A DNA stretch of 64,000 nucleotides from Limnohabitans sp. (lineage in GTDB: Bacteria > Pseudomonadota > Gammaproteobacteria > Burkholderiales > Burkholderiaceae_C): the NCBI GenBank assembly GCA_046052765.1, contig JAVLFQ010000052.1; one strand, given 5' to 3'. Shown here piece by piece: positions 39,407 through 50,690 of this stretch; position 1 is the first letter of the stretch; each line of letters begins with the position of its first letter. The position numbers and the translations under genes are program-made. Under the pieces are notes generated by a model. That model was given only the letters and a program-made list of their open reading frames with translations, was not told the origin of the DNA and searched no databases.

Positions 39407-39496
39407 GTGATTCGCAGTCTTGTCAAAGTGCTGTCTTGGAAACAGGTTATATTGTCACGGATTGACGTCAGTGCTCGCTTATCTCACTGGAGGTGA

Positions 39497-40057
39497 ATGT
39501 TGAAGGTCTTGAAGCTGTCTGCCCAAGGATTACCGCAATCTTGGATTTCGCTCGAACAAGCCGTGACCCATTACGCGGCGGACGAGGTGCGCTGGGAAGC
39601 TGGTGTGGAAGTCGCCGTTTACCGCGGCGGCTACAACGCTGTCACTGGCATACAGTCAAAAATTGTTATCAACAGCATCATCGGTACCAAAGGCGTGCCT
39701 CGCATCAACCCCTTTGATTTGAAACCGGGTCTGACCAACAGCAAATTGTTTGCCCGCGACCGCAACCTGTGCGCTTATTGCGGCGATGATTTTCACGAAA
39801 CAGACCTGACCCGCGAACACATCATTCCGTTTGGCCAACACGGGCAAGACACGTGGATGAACGTGGTCACTGCGTGTCAGAGTTGTAACCACCGCAAAGC
39901 CAACCGCACGCCCGAGCAAGCCCGCATGCCCTTGCTGTACACGCCTTATGTGCCTACGTTGTGGGAGGACTTTATATTGCGTAACCGCCGCATCTTGGCC
40001 GACCAAATGGAATTTTTGATGGCGCATTTGCCGCGCAATTCAAGGTTGGCAGCATAA
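39497..40057 (+). CDS. HNH endonuclease
   Basis: LFARDRNLCAYCG, TREHIIP, NVVTACQSCNHRK. Confidence 0.9.
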   Translation: MLKVLKLSAQGLPQSWISLEQAVTHYAADEVRWEAGVEVAVYRGGYNAVTGIQSKIVINSIIGTKGVPRINPFDLKPGLTNSKLFARDRNLCAYCGDDFHETDLTREHIIPFGQHGQDTWMNVVTACQSCNHRKANRTPEQARMPLLYTPYVPTLWEDFILRNRRILADQMEFLMAHLPRNSRLAA

Positions 40058-40078
40058 GCATTTCAGCCCGTGAAGCGT

Positions 40079-40339
40079 TCAAGCGGGATCGCTCAGTTCT
40101 CTGAATCTGGGCACACTCACCCCGTCCACCCACACTTCTTCGTTGAACATGGCAAACGGCCTGACCCACAGGCCTTGTTCGCCGTACAGCGCTCTGTATA
40201 AAACCAACGGCTCTAGCGTTTCGCTGTGGCGCACCACACCGATCACCTCGTAATCCAGTTGTTTGTAATGGCGGTATCGCCCAACGGGCAGGGTAGGCAA
40301 TGGTGGCAGATCGGTATCAGACATCGTATGAGTATCCAT
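40079..40339 (-). CDS. DUF1653-domain protein
   Basis: GRYRHYK...HSETLEPLVLYRALY...LWVRPFAMF...PRF. Confidence 0.85.
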   Translation of the reverse strand: MDTHTMSDTDLPPLPTLPVGRYRHYKQLDYEVIGVVRHSETLEPLVLYRALYGEQGLWVRPFAMFNEEVWVDGVSVPRFRELSDPA

Positions 40340-40369
40340 CTGATGGGAAGGTTGACAAAAAACTTCAAT

Positions 40370-40975
40370 TCAATCGATGGACGATTGGGACTTTAAATAC
40401 TCTTCAATCGCTTGCGGATAAATCAGATGCTCTTGGGTCAACACGCGTGCGGCCAAACTTTCTGCATGGTCATCTGGCAAAACTGGAACCACGGCTTGCG
40501 CCAATATCGGGCCATGGTCTAACTCGGTGGTGACTTGATGGACTGTGGCACCGGCAAAACGGCAACCAGCATCAAGGGCGCGTTGGTGTGTGTGAAGTCC
40601 CGCAAAAGCAGGCAACAGTGAAGGGTGGATATTCAGCAAGCGTCCGTCGTAATGCACCACAAAACCCGCCGTCAGTATGCGCATGAAACCGGCCAACACC
40701 ACCAATGACGGTTCATAGGCGTCAATGGTTTGTCGCAACACATCATCGAACGCAGTGCGTGGATCTGACCGGTCGTTGAATGCGGTGTGGTCCACCACTT
40801 GCGTGGCCAAACCCATGTCTGCTGCAATTTGCAATCCACGCGCGTGTGGGCGGTTACTGATCACTGCCGCGATGCGGGCATTCCATTTATCTTCCCAATG
40901 GTTGAGAACACAGGCGCGGGCAATCGCGGCCATGTTGGAGCCACCGCCGGAAATCAGAATGACTATATGTCGCAT
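40370..40975 (-). CDS. purN: Phosphoribosylglycinamide formyltransferase
   Basis: ISGGGSN, LAGFMRIL, NIHPSLLP, GATVH, LDHGPI, EHLIYP. Confidence 0.96.
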   Translation of the reverse strand: MRHIVILISGGGSNMAAIARACVLNHWEDKWNARIAAVISNRPHARGLQIAADMGLATQVVDHTAFNDRSDPRTAFDDVLRQTIDAYEPSLVVLAGFMRILTAGFVVHYDGRLLNIHPSLLPAFAGLHTHQRALDAGCRFAGATVHQVTTELDHGPILAQAVVPVLPDDHAESLAARVLTQEHLIYPQAIEEYLKSQSSID

Positions 40976-41092
40976 GTGGCAATTATGACGAAACACTGGC
41001 TTGTCACCTTTGTTTGCATCAAAATCGCACGGTCGTGCTAAAACACGTTCCTCGTCTCACAAGATACGTCATTGCGCCTACGGAGAATTCAC

Positions 41093-42271
41093 ATGGATCT
41101 GGCATTCACGCCTGAAGAACAGGCTTTCAGGGAAGACATACGCAGTTGGGTCAAAGCCCATTTGCCGCAAGCAATTTCCCATAAAGTACATCATGCGTTG
41201 CGGCTCACGCGTGAAGACATGCAAGCTTGGGCGCAAATTTTGGGCAGCAAAGGTTGGCTGGGTTATGGTTGGCCGCAGCAGTTTGGTGGCCCAGGTTGGA
41301 ACGCGGTGCAAAAGCATTTGTTCGAAGAAGAATGTGCCCTGGCCGGTGCGCCGCGTGTGGTGCCATTTGGCCCGGTGATGGTGGCACCTGTCATCATGGC
41401 TTTTGGCAACGCCGAGCAGCAACAACGATTTCTGCCTGGAATTGCCAGCGGCAAGGTCTGGTGGAGCCAAGGTTACAGCGAGCCCGGTTCAGGTTCAGAT
41501 TTGGCGTCATTGAAAACCCGCGCTGAACGCGTTGGCGACAAATACATTGTGAACGGTCAAAAAACCTGGACCACACTGGGTCAGTTTGGCGAATGGATTT
41601 TTTGTTTGGTGCGCACCAGCACAGAAGGGAAACCGCAAACAGGTATTTCATTTTTATTGATAGACATGAAATCTCCTGGCGTCAGTGTGCGGCCTATCAA
41701 GCTGCTGGATGGTGAATGCGAAGTGAATGAAGTCTGGTTTGACAATGTGGAAGTTCCTGCGGAAAACCTGGTTGGTCAAGAAAACAAAGGCTGGGATTAC
41801 GCCAAATATTTGCTGGCGCACGAGCGTACCAATATCGCAGATGTGAACCGCGCCAAGCGCGAACTCGAGCGTTTGAAGCGCATCGCCAAGGCAGAAGGTG
41901 TTTACGACGACATGCGATTCCGTGACGAGATCGCCAAACTTGAGGTGGACATCATCGCTTTGGAGATGATGGTGTTGCGCGTGCTCAGCGCCGAAAAATC
42001 AGGCAAACAATCGATGGATATTGCCGGTTTGCTGAAGATTCGCGGCTCGGAAATTCAGCAGCGCTACAGCGAACTGATGATGTTGGCGGCTGGGCCTTTC
42101 AGTTTGCCATTTATTCAAGAAGCCATGGATGCAGGCTGGCAAGGCGACCATGTGGGCGCAGCGCATTGCCCGCCATTGGCCTCCACCTATTTCAATTTGC
42201 GCAAAACCACGATTTACGGCGGCTCTAATGAGGTGCAACGCAACATCATCGCTAAAACCGTGCTCGGCTGA
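41093..42271 (+). CDS. Acyl-CoA dehydrogenase (PimC-like large subunit)
   Basis: QGYSEPGSGSDLASL, NGQKTWT, TIYGGSNEVQRNII. Confidence 0.9.
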   Translation: MDLAFTPEEQAFREDIRSWVKAHLPQAISHKVHHALRLTREDMQAWAQILGSKGWLGYGWPQQFGGPGWNAVQKHLFEEECALAGAPRVVPFGPVMVAPVIMAFGNAEQQQRFLPGIASGKVWWSQGYSEPGSGSDLASLKTRAERVGDKYIVNGQKTWTTLGQFGEWIFCLVRTSTEGKPQTGISFLLIDMKSPGVSVRPIKLLDGECEVNEVWFDNVEVPAENLVGQENKGWDYAKYLLAHERTNIADVNRAKRELERLKRIAKAEGVYDDMRFRDEIAKLEVDIIALEMMVLRVLSAEKSGKQSMDIAGLLKIRGSEIQQRYSELMMLAAGPFSLPFIQEAMDAGWQGDHVGAAHCPPLASTYFNLRKTTIYGGSNEVQRNIIAKTVLG

Positions 42272-42291
42272 CTATTTATACAAGGATTGAC

Positions 42292-43407
42292 ATGGACTTC
42301 GATTTTTCTGACGAACAAGAGCAACTGCGCGACGCGGTTCGCAAATGGGTGGACAAGGCATATACCTTTGACGAGCACCGCCGCACCGTGGCCGATGGAG
42401 GATTTTCTGCACCTACCTACCAAGCGTTGGCAGAGTTGGGCCTGACCGGTTTGTATGTGCAAGATGCCTACGGCGGTATGGCCATGGGTCCGGTCGAAGG
42501 CATGGTGGTGATGGAAGAGTTAGGACGTGGCATGTTGCTAGAACCGCTGACGCATGCCTGGATCAGCAGTGCCGTATTACAAGGATTTGCAGCTGAAGAT
42601 TTAAAGCAGGCATGGTTGCCGCGCATCGCTGGCGGTGAAGCACTGGTGGTGTTGGCGCATCATGAGCAGGGCCAGCGCTACCACTTGGACAAATGCCACA
42701 CTAGCGCCAGCGAGCACAACGGTGTTTGGCATGTCAGCGGCCACAAAAGCCTGGTCGCCGCTGGTGACCACGCTGATGCGTTTGTGGTGCCGGCCATGTA
42801 CCAAGGGCAACTGGCCATGTTGCTGGTGCCGCGCAGTGACGCAACCGATACCCGCCAACATTACCTGGCTCAAGACGGCAGCCGCATGAGCGAATTGCGG
42901 CTCAACAACGCACCAGCTGAGTTGCTGTCATTGCAAGGCTTTGCTGCATTACAACTGGGCGTAGATGTGGGCATTGCCGCACTGTGTGCCGAGTCTGTCG
43001 GTTTGATGGAAAAAACACTGGCGATCACCGTGGACTACATGAACACCCGCAAGCAGTTCGGCGTGCCCATCGCCACTTTTCAAGCGTTGCAACACCGCGC
43101 CGCTGACATGAAGATGCAACTCGAGTTGGGGCGCTCCATGAGCTATTACGCCAGCTTGAAACTGAACGCGTCCGCAGACGAGCGCAGCGTTGCGCTGTCG
43201 CGTGCCAAATTACAAATGGGCAGATCTACCCGCCATGTGGGTCAAGAAGCGGTGCAATTGCACGGCGGTATTGGTGTGACCGATGAATACATCGTCAGCC
43301 ATTGCTTCAAGCGCCTGACGCAAATGGAAATGACCTTCGGCGATAGCCTGCACCACTTGGGGCAGGTATCAGCGCAGATGCAGGAGACGGCGGGCGTGTT
43401 TGCTTAA
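42292..43407 (+). CDS. Acyl-CoA dehydrogenase (PimD-like partner subunit)
   Basis: RKQFGVPIATFQALQHRAADM, QLHGGIGVTDE. Confidence 0.88.
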   Translation: MDFDFSDEQEQLRDAVRKWVDKAYTFDEHRRTVADGGFSAPTYQALAELGLTGLYVQDAYGGMAMGPVEGMVVMEELGRGMLLEPLTHAWISSAVLQGFAAEDLKQAWLPRIAGGEALVVLAHHEQGQRYHLDKCHTSASEHNGVWHVSGHKSLVAAGDHADAFVVPAMYQGQLAMLLVPRSDATDTRQHYLAQDGSRMSELRLNNAPAELLSLQGFAALQLGVDVGIAALCAESVGLMEKTLAITVDYMNTRKQFGVPIATFQALQHRAADMKMQLELGRSMSYYASLKLNASADERSVALSRAKLQMGRSTRHVGQEAVQLHGGIGVTDEYIVSHCFKRLTQMEMTFGDSLHHLGQVSAQMQETAGVFA

Positions 43408-43499
43408 TTGATTGTTTGATGGTGCAGACAGAACAGTCAATATATGTTGTTCAACGTCTGCGCCATGGCGTCAGATGATCAAGGTGGGACAATAGCCGA

Positions 43500-44819
43500 A
43501 TGCACCCTAAAGCCCTGCTCGACGCCTGTACCGAACTCACCCGCCTCTTGTTACGTTTTGAACACCCCGCTGACAGCGTGGTGTCCAAGTATTTCCGCGA
43601 GCAACGCAAGACCATGGACCTGGGCCCGCGCGAGCGCAGTGTGTTGGCCGAAACTGTTTATAACGTGTTGCGGCAAAAGCTGCGGTTCGAGCATTTGGCC
43701 AAATCTGGTACTGGCGTGCGCGAGCGGCGACTGGCCATTTTGGGCTGGGCTGCGCACCTTGACGCACAAGCGCGGCAACAGCAGCCGCAACTCAAACACG
43801 GTGACCGTGGCTTCATGAAAGCCGCCATGAGCGAGATGGAGTTCAAGTGGTTGAGCGACTGCGATGCCGCCACCGAAGACGATTTCCTCGCCCCGCACAA
43901 ACACAATTTGCCGCCTTGGCTGGCCGAGGCCTTGGAAGCACAACTGGGTGAGAATTTTTGGCCTTTGGTCGACAGCTTGCAGCAAACCGCCGGGCTGGAT
44001 GTAAGGGTCAACACCTTGCTGGCCAAGCGAGCCGATGTGTTGGCGCAGTTGAAAGCCGCCGGTATCCAAGCGTTTGACACACCGTTTTCACCTTGGGGCT
44101 TGCGCATGCCAGCCAAACCCAATCTGAGCAAACTGGCATTGTTCGAGCAAGGGCATATCGAGGTGCAAGACGAAGGCTCGCAATTGCTGGCGCTGCTGGT
44201 GTATGCCAAGCGCGGTGAGATGGTGGCCGACTTCTGTGCCGGTGCCGGCGGCAAAACCCTGGCCTTGGGCGCGAGCATGCGCAACACCGGCCGCTTGTAC
44301 GCGTTTGACACCTCGGCGCACCGGTTGGACGCGCTCAAACCCCGCCTCGCACGCAGCGGTTTGTCAAACATACACCCGGTTGCGATTGCGCACGAACGCG
44401 ACGAACGCATCAAGCGCTTGCGCGGCAAGATGGATCGGGTGCTGGTCGACGCGCCGTGCACGGGTTTGGGCACATTGCGACGCAACCCTGATTTGAAATG
44501 GCGACAAACGCCACAAGCGGTGGCCGAATTGGTGGTCAAGCAAACAGCCATTTTGGCGTCGGCTGCGCGTCTGCTCAAACCGGGTGGTCGCTTGGTCTAT
44601 GCCACCTGCAGCTTGCTGCGCGAAGAAAACGAACTGATTGCTCAGGCTTTCAGCGCGGCGCACCCCCAGTTCAAGCCACTGCCGGTCAACCCATTGCTGG
44701 CGGGTCACGACGTGGCGCAGGCAGACACTTTGTGCACGCCCGATGGTTTGTATTTGCGTTTGTGGCCGCATTTGCACGCCACCGATGGTTTCTTTGCAGC
44801 GGCTTGGTCTTTGTCATAA
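43500..44819 (+). CDS. RsmB/NOP-family RNA m5C methyltransferase
   Basis: EVQDEGSQ, DFCAGAGGKT, DAPCTG, YATCS, DGFFAA. Confidence 0.93.
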   Translation: MHPKALLDACTELTRLLLRFEHPADSVVSKYFREQRKTMDLGPRERSVLAETVYNVLRQKLRFEHLAKSGTGVRERRLAILGWAAHLDAQARQQQPQLKHGDRGFMKAAMSEMEFKWLSDCDAATEDDFLAPHKHNLPPWLAEALEAQLGENFWPLVDSLQQTAGLDVRVNTLLAKRADVLAQLKAAGIQAFDTPFSPWGLRMPAKPNLSKLALFEQGHIEVQDEGSQLLALLVYAKRGEMVADFCAGAGGKTLALGASMRNTGRLYAFDTSAHRLDALKPRLARSGLSNIHPVAIAHERDERIKRLRGKMDRVLVDAPCTGLGTLRRNPDLKWRQTPQAVAELVVKQTAILASAARLLKPGGRLVYATCSLLREENELIAQAFSAAHPQFKPLPVNPLLAGHDVAQADTLCTPDGLYLRLWPHLHATDGFFAAAWSLS

Positions 44820-44857
44820 GCCCGTTTTAAAATCAACCGGATTTTGAATTTTTAAGG

Positions 44858-46075
44858 ATGCATATGGTCTTACCTGCATGGCCTTGGTTGGATGTGGTGC
44901 TCAATTGGCTGGCACATGGCTCATGGCAATTGAGCGTTTGGCAACTGGTTTTATTCACTTTGTTGATGACGCACATCACGATTGCCTCGGTGACGATTTA
45001 CCTGCACCGTCATCAGGCCCACCGTTCACTGGATTTGCATTGGCTACCTGCGCATTTTTTCCGACTCTGGCTGTGGTTGACTACCGGCATGACCACCAAA
45101 GCTTGGGCGGCGATTCACCGCAAACACCACGCCAAATGCGAGTCTGAAGAAGACCCGCACAGCCCGCAGGTAATGGGTATACAAACCGTTTTCTGGCAAG
45201 GCGCCGAGTTGTACCGCCGCGAAGCCAATAACGCCGAAACCTTGCGCAAGTACGGCCATGGCACACCCGACGATTGGCTGGAAAACCATGTGTATGCGTA
45301 TTTCCCTTGGCAAGGTGTAGGTGTGATGCTGGTCATAGACTTGGCTTTGTTTGGTGCCATCGGTTTGACAGTTTGGGCGGTACAAATGCTGTGGATTCCA
45401 GTGACCGCTGCGGGCGTCATCAATGGCATTGGCCACTACTGGGGTTACCGTAATTTTGAAGCGCCCGACGCCAGCACCAATATCTCGCCTTGGGGCATCA
45501 TCATCGGTGGCGAAGAGCTTCACAACAACCATCACACCTATCCCACGTCAGCCAAGTTATCTGTCAAGCCCTACGAATTTGACATTGGCTGGTTATACAT
45601 ACGTATCTTGGAAACATTCGGATTGGCGACTGTGAAAAAAACACCGCCCAAACTTCATTACGCTGATCGACAACCGATGGCAGACGAACGCACGCTTGAA
45701 GCACTGATCACCAACCGTTACGAAGTCATGGCGGGCTTTGCGCGTCAATTGCAAACTGCTTTGAAGCAGGAAATTGCTGCCATGCCCAAACTGCCCGCTG
45801 ACGCCGTAGTGAGTGCGGCCAAGCGCTGGATGCACCGTGACGAGGTGCAGGTGCCTGTGCAATTTCACGCCTTGCTCCAGCAGGCACGTGACGCATTGCC
45901 GAATGTGGACACCATGGTGCGTATGCGCGAAGAACTGCGTCAGATGTGGCTGAATACAAACGCGAGTCGCGCCCAACTGGCCTTGGAATTACAGCAATGG
46001 TGTTTGCGTGCCGAGCAAAGCGGTGTGGTTGCGTTGCGTGATTTTTCTATGCAACTAAGGGCAGTGCGACTATGA
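44858..46075 (+). CDS. Fatty acid desaturase (delta-9 type) with C-terminal extension
   Basis: His boxes HRHQAH, HRKHH, HNNHH. Confidence 0.92.
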   Translation: MHMVLPAWPWLDVVLNWLAHGSWQLSVWQLVLFTLLMTHITIASVTIYLHRHQAHRSLDLHWLPAHFFRLWLWLTTGMTTKAWAAIHRKHHAKCESEEDPHSPQVMGIQTVFWQGAELYRREANNAETLRKYGHGTPDDWLENHVYAYFPWQGVGVMLVIDLALFGAIGLTVWAVQMLWIPVTAAGVINGIGHYWGYRNFEAPDASTNISPWGIIIGGEELHNNHHTYPTSAKLSVKPYEFDIGWLYIRILETFGLATVKKTPPKLHYADRQPMADERTLEALITNRYEVMAGFARQLQTALKQEIAAMPKLPADAVVSAAKRWMHRDEVQVPVQFHALLQQARDALPNVDTMVRMREELRQMWLNTNASRAQLALELQQWCLRAEQSGVVALRDFSMQLRAVRL

Positions 46076-46213
46076 GCGTGAGCCAGTGACAGCCAGCCAA
46101 GGCAATGGCGGTGTGTGCCAGTTTTTGCACCATGGCATTTGCTGATTAATCCTTTAAATGCAATTCTGTAGCGCAAGCTTGGTCAGCGCCATCAACGACA
46201 AATGTCATGTTCG

Positions 46214-46245
46214 GTTGACCAAGATAAATATTTATTTCAGTCAAC
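46214..46245. promoter_or_regulatory. 32-bp dyad, candidate transcription-factor operator
   Basis: GTTGAC-caag-ATAAATATTTAT-ttca-GTCAAC, symmetric about 46229/46230. Confidence 0.55.
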
Positions 46246-46322
46246 AGCTTGTATTCGGTAGCCGTTGAAGAATCACTCCAAGGCTTTGGAGGTTTTCTTC
46301 CTCAACCACTGAAAGGTACGTC

Positions 46323-46577
46323 ATGAAAAAAATGTCTGCGCTGTTAATTTCTACTGTGTTTGCTGCCGGTTCTTATGCGGCAACCCCAGCAGCTGCTCCC
46401 GCCACTGCCGCCGCGCCTGCTACCACTGCCGCACCGGCGGCCAAAGCGACAACAACGGCTGCAACACCTGCTGCCAAGCCTGCCGCTGATAAAGTGAAAA
46501 AACATAAAGTAGCGCACAAAGCGTCTAAGAAAGAGGCAGCACCTGCTGCAGTTGCCAGTACGCCAGCGATCAAATAA
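46323..46577 (+). CDS. Small secreted Ala/Pro/Lys-rich low-complexity protein
   Basis: Signal peptide MKKMSALLISTVFAAGSYA, AAP repeats, KKHKVAHKASKKE; GAAAGG RBS upstream and its own terminator. Confidence 0.8.
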   Translation: MKKMSALLISTVFAAGSYAATPAAAPATAAAPATTAAPAAKATTTAATPAAKPAADKVKKHKVAHKASKKEAAPAAVASTPAIK

Positions 46578-46602
46578 ACACTGACGCCTTTATGTCGGGA
46601 CG

Positions 46603-46632
46603 AAAAAAAACCGCCGTGAGGCGGTTTTTTTT
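46603..46632. terminator. Bidirectional intrinsic terminator
   Basis: AAAAAAAA-CCGCC-GTGA-GGCGG-TTTTTTTT between the small protein gene and rpmG. Confidence 0.9.
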
Positions 46633-46647
46633 GAACGACAAGAAAAC

Positions 46648-46818
46648 TCACTTGAGTTTGATTTCCTTGTATTCGACATGCTTGCGAGCTTTGGGGTCGA
46701 ACTTCATGATCGACATTTTTTCGGGCATGGTTTTTTTATTTTTGCTGGTCGTATAAAAATGACCGGTGCCAGCTGTTGATTCCAGCTTGATTTTTTCGCG
46801 TCCGCCTTTGGAAGCCAT
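46648..46818 (-). CDS. rpmG: 50S ribosomal protein L33
   Basis: Not in the track (56 aa): [56 protein letters not shown]. Confidence 0.97.
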   Translation of the reverse strand: MASKGGREKIKLESTAGTGHFYTTSKNKKTMPEKMSIMKFDPKARKHVEYKEIKLK

Positions 46819-46848
46819 GGTGAAAGTCCTTTAAAAGTCGGTGAAAAA

Positions 46849-47082
46849 TTAAGCTTGACCGCGTGCCCGCATGTCTGCGAGCACCACTTCAATACCTTTT
46901 TTGTCGATCAAGCGCAATGCTGCGCTGGATACACGTAAACGCACCCAGCGGTTTTCGCTTTCCACCCAAAAACGGCGGTGTTGCAAATTGGGCAAGAAAC
47001 GGCGCTTGGTTTTGTTGTTGGCATGGGAAACGTTGTTGCCAACCATCGGGGCTTTGCCCGTTACTTCACATACACGTGCCAT
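46849..47082 (-). CDS. rpmB: 50S ribosomal protein L28
   Basis: [10 protein letters not shown]...[20 protein letters not shown]. Confidence 0.98.
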   Translation of the reverse strand: MARVCEVTGKAPMVGNNVSHANNKTKRRFLPNLQHRRFWVESENRWVRLRVSSAALRLIDKKGIEVVLADMRARGQA

Positions 47083-47242
47083 CAGACACTCCTTGTTAAC
47101 AGCCGGTACTTCCGACTTGACCTCGCCTTTGAAGGGGGCGGTATCCCTGGAACCGATCAACCTAAGGTTGAGTCTGGGTCCAAACTCAGCCAGATATTAT
47201 AGCTTGCTGGGACATGGGGCAGTCCAATCAGGCGTGGAGTAC

Positions 47243-48244
<1,002 letters not shown>

Positions 48245-48300
48245 TTAGGCCTTCGTTGCAAGCCGTCAGCCTGTCGCTGCTGTTAAGCTTACGTCCGGCA

Positions 48301-50634
48301 ATGACTTACTCACTCAATACGCTTAGCAACCGCAAAGAAGACCCGCCCGCAATCAGCGGTTGGCAGCGCTTTGTCCAGGAAATTGCACTGTCGTTGGGCT
48401 TTGTGTTTTTATTGTTCTGGCTGGTGGCCATGCTCAGCCATTCTGCCCAAGACCCGGCTTGGACCACTTCGGGCTCCAGCGCAGTGCCGCGCAACTGGGG
48501 CGGACGCATAGGCGCGGCTATCAGCGATCTGGGTTTTTTTGTGGCGGGCTATTCCATCATTTGGTGTTTTCTGGCGGCATTTACCAGTTGGTTGCAAGCT
48601 TTGGCGAATCGGTTGCGAAGCGAGGAACTCCCGGCGGCTCATGCACAAATTTGGCGTTTAACCCGGTGGGCTTTTTGGAGCGGGTTGGTGTTGTTGATGA
48701 TCTCCAGTACCGGGCTTGAATTCACCCGTCTCTACCGTTTCGACCCCCAATTGCCCGGTCACCATGCTGGCGGTATTTTGGGGTTTTTGGTGGGTGGAGC
48801 AGCAAACAAATGGCTGGGCTTTAACGGCTCAGCCTTGGTGTTTATTGTGTTCATGTTGGTTGGGCTGTCATGGACTTTTGGATTTTCATGGGTGGAGCTG
48901 GCTGAAAAAATCGGTGCAGGTATGGATCAAGCCCTCATCAACTGGCGCGAACGACGTGAAATGGCCGAAGACTTGGCATTGGGTCAGGCGGCAGCCCGTG
49001 AACGGGCAGAGGATGTGCATATTGAGCGTGTAGATACGGAGGACGCTGCGCCACGCCCTGTTCGAATATTGGTCGATCCAGAACCACAGGCTGCGCCAAA
49101 AAGCGAACGCATGGCGCGTGAAAGGCAAAAGCCTTTGTTCAATGACATGCCTGATTCCCGCTTGCCACAGGTTGACTTGCTGGACGAGTCTCACGCCAGA
49201 CAGGACCCGGTCGATTCAGAAACCATCGAATTCACCAGCCGTTTGATTGAGAAAAAATTACGCGATTTCGGTGTCGAGGTCAAGGTGTTGGCTGCGGCTC
49301 CAGGTCCGGTGGTGACCCGTTATGAAATTGAACCAGCCACCGGTGTCAAAGGTTCGCAAATTGTCAATCTGGCCAAAGACTTGGCAAGATCGCTCAGCAT
49401 GGTGTCCATCCGTGTGGTGGAAACGATTCCTGGTAAAAATTTCATGGCGCTGGAATTGCCGAATGCCAAGCGTCAGTCCATCCGTTTGAGTGAAATTCTG
49501 GGTTCCGAGATTTATAACGAAGCCAAGTCCATGTTGACCATGGGTTTGGGCAAGGACATAGGCGGCCATCCGGTGGTGGCAGATTTAGCCAGAATGCCGC
49601 ATGTATTGGTAGCGGGTACCACTGGCTCAGGTAAATCTGTGGGCATCAACGCCATGATTTTGAGCCTGCTCTACAAAGCCGAGGCGCGCGATGTACGCCT
49701 TTTAATGATTGATCCGAAAATGCTGGAGATGTCGGTTTACGAAGGCATTCCGCATTTACTCGCGCCTGTTGTCACCGACATGCGGCAAGCCGCGCATGGT
49801 TTGAATTGGTGTGTGGGAGAAATGGAGCGCCGTTACAAGTTGATGAGCAAGTTGGGCGTTCGCAACTTGGCAGGCTACAACCACAAGATTGAAGAGGCGC
49901 TGGAAGCAGGCCATTCCATGCCCAATCCGTTCAGCCTCACACCCGATGACCCAGAGCCTTTGGAACGCTTGCCGCATATCGTCGTCGTGATCGATGAATT
50001 GGCAGACCTGATGATGGTGGTCGGCAAAAAAATCGAAGAGTTGATTGCACGGTTAGCGCAAAAAGCAAGGGCTGCAGGTATACATCTGATACTGGCGACA
50101 CAACGCCCGAGTGTCGATGTGATCACCGGTTTGATCAAAGCCAATATTCCAACGCGTATCGCTTTTCAAGTCAGCAGCAAAATTGACAGTCGCACCATCC
50201 TAGACCAGATGGGTGCCGAGGCTTTGCTGGGCATGGGAGACATGTTGTATTTGCCCAGCGGCACCGGTTTTCCCATTCGAGTTCACGGCGCATTTGTCAG
50301 TGACGAAGAAGTGCACCGCGTGGTCAGTTACCTGAAAACCCAAGGCGAACCGAATTACATCGAAGGCTTGCTCGAAGGCGGTACGGTCGATGGCGAAGCC
50401 TACGGGCCTGACTTGTTTGGTGAAACGCCAAGTGAAAAAGACCCGATGTATGACCAAGCCGTTGAAGTGGTGTTGAAAAACCGCAAGGCCAGTATTTCTT
50501 TGGTGCAGCGCCATTTGAAAATTGGCTATAACCGCGCCGCCCGCTTGGTGGAGGACATGGAAAAAGCAGGCATGGTCAGCGCCATGAGCAGTAACGGTCA
50601 GCGTGAAATTCTGGTGCCCACACGTCAGGATTGA
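48301..50634 (+). CDS. ftsK: DNA translocase FtsK
   Basis: N-terminal TMs, [27 protein letters not shown], gamma domain IGYNRAARL. Confidence 0.97.
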   Translation: MTYSLNTLSNRKEDPPAISGWQRFVQEIALSLGFVFLLFWLVAMLSHSAQDPAWTTSGSSAVPRNWGGRIGAAISDLGFFVAGYSIIWCFLAAFTSWLQALANRLRSEELPAAHAQIWRLTRWAFWSGLVLLMISSTGLEFTRLYRFDPQLPGHHAGGILGFLVGGAANKWLGFNGSALVFIVFMLVGLSWTFGFSWVELAEKIGAGMDQALINWRERREMAEDLALGQAAARERAEDVHIERVDTEDAAPRPVRILVDPEPQAAPKSERMARERQKPLFNDMPDSRLPQVDLLDESHARQDPVDSETIEFTSRLIEKKLRDFGVEVKVLAAAPGPVVTRYEIEPATGVKGSQIVNLAKDLARSLSMVSIRVVETIPGKNFMALELPNAKRQSIRLSEILGSEIYNEAKSMLTMGLGKDIGGHPVVADLARMPHVLVAGTTGSGKSVGINAMILSLLYKAEARDVRLLMIDPKMLEMSVYEGIPHLLAPVVTDMRQAAHGLNWCVGEMERRYKLMSKLGVRNLAGYNHKIEEALEAGHSMPNPFSLTPDDPEPLERLPHIVVVIDELADLMMVVGKKIEELIARLAQKARAAGIHLILATQRPSVDVITGLIKANIPTRIAFQVSSKIDSRTILDQMGAEALLGMGDMLYLPSGTGFPIRVHGAFVSDEEVHRVVSYLKTQGEPNYIEGLLEGGTVDGEAYGPDLFGETPSEKDPMYDQAVEVVLKNRKASISLVQRHLKIGYNRAARLVEDMEKAGMVSAMSSNGQREILVPTRQD

Positions 50635-50690
50635 TTCTCAAGCCTTCACCGATGCTGACATATTCGATAAACACATTGCAGGAGTCGCTC

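Noticed and set aside
40079-40339. DUF1653 gene between the HNH gene and purN as a possible toxin-antitoxin or defence pair
   Set aside because: It is convergent with the HNH gene rather than co-transcribed; it is a common small gene with no supporting evidence.
46648-47082. L33 and L28 lacking full zinc-ribbon cysteines
   Set aside because: Zinc-free forms are the normal single copies in most Proteobacteria; no sign of a zinc-starvation paralog.
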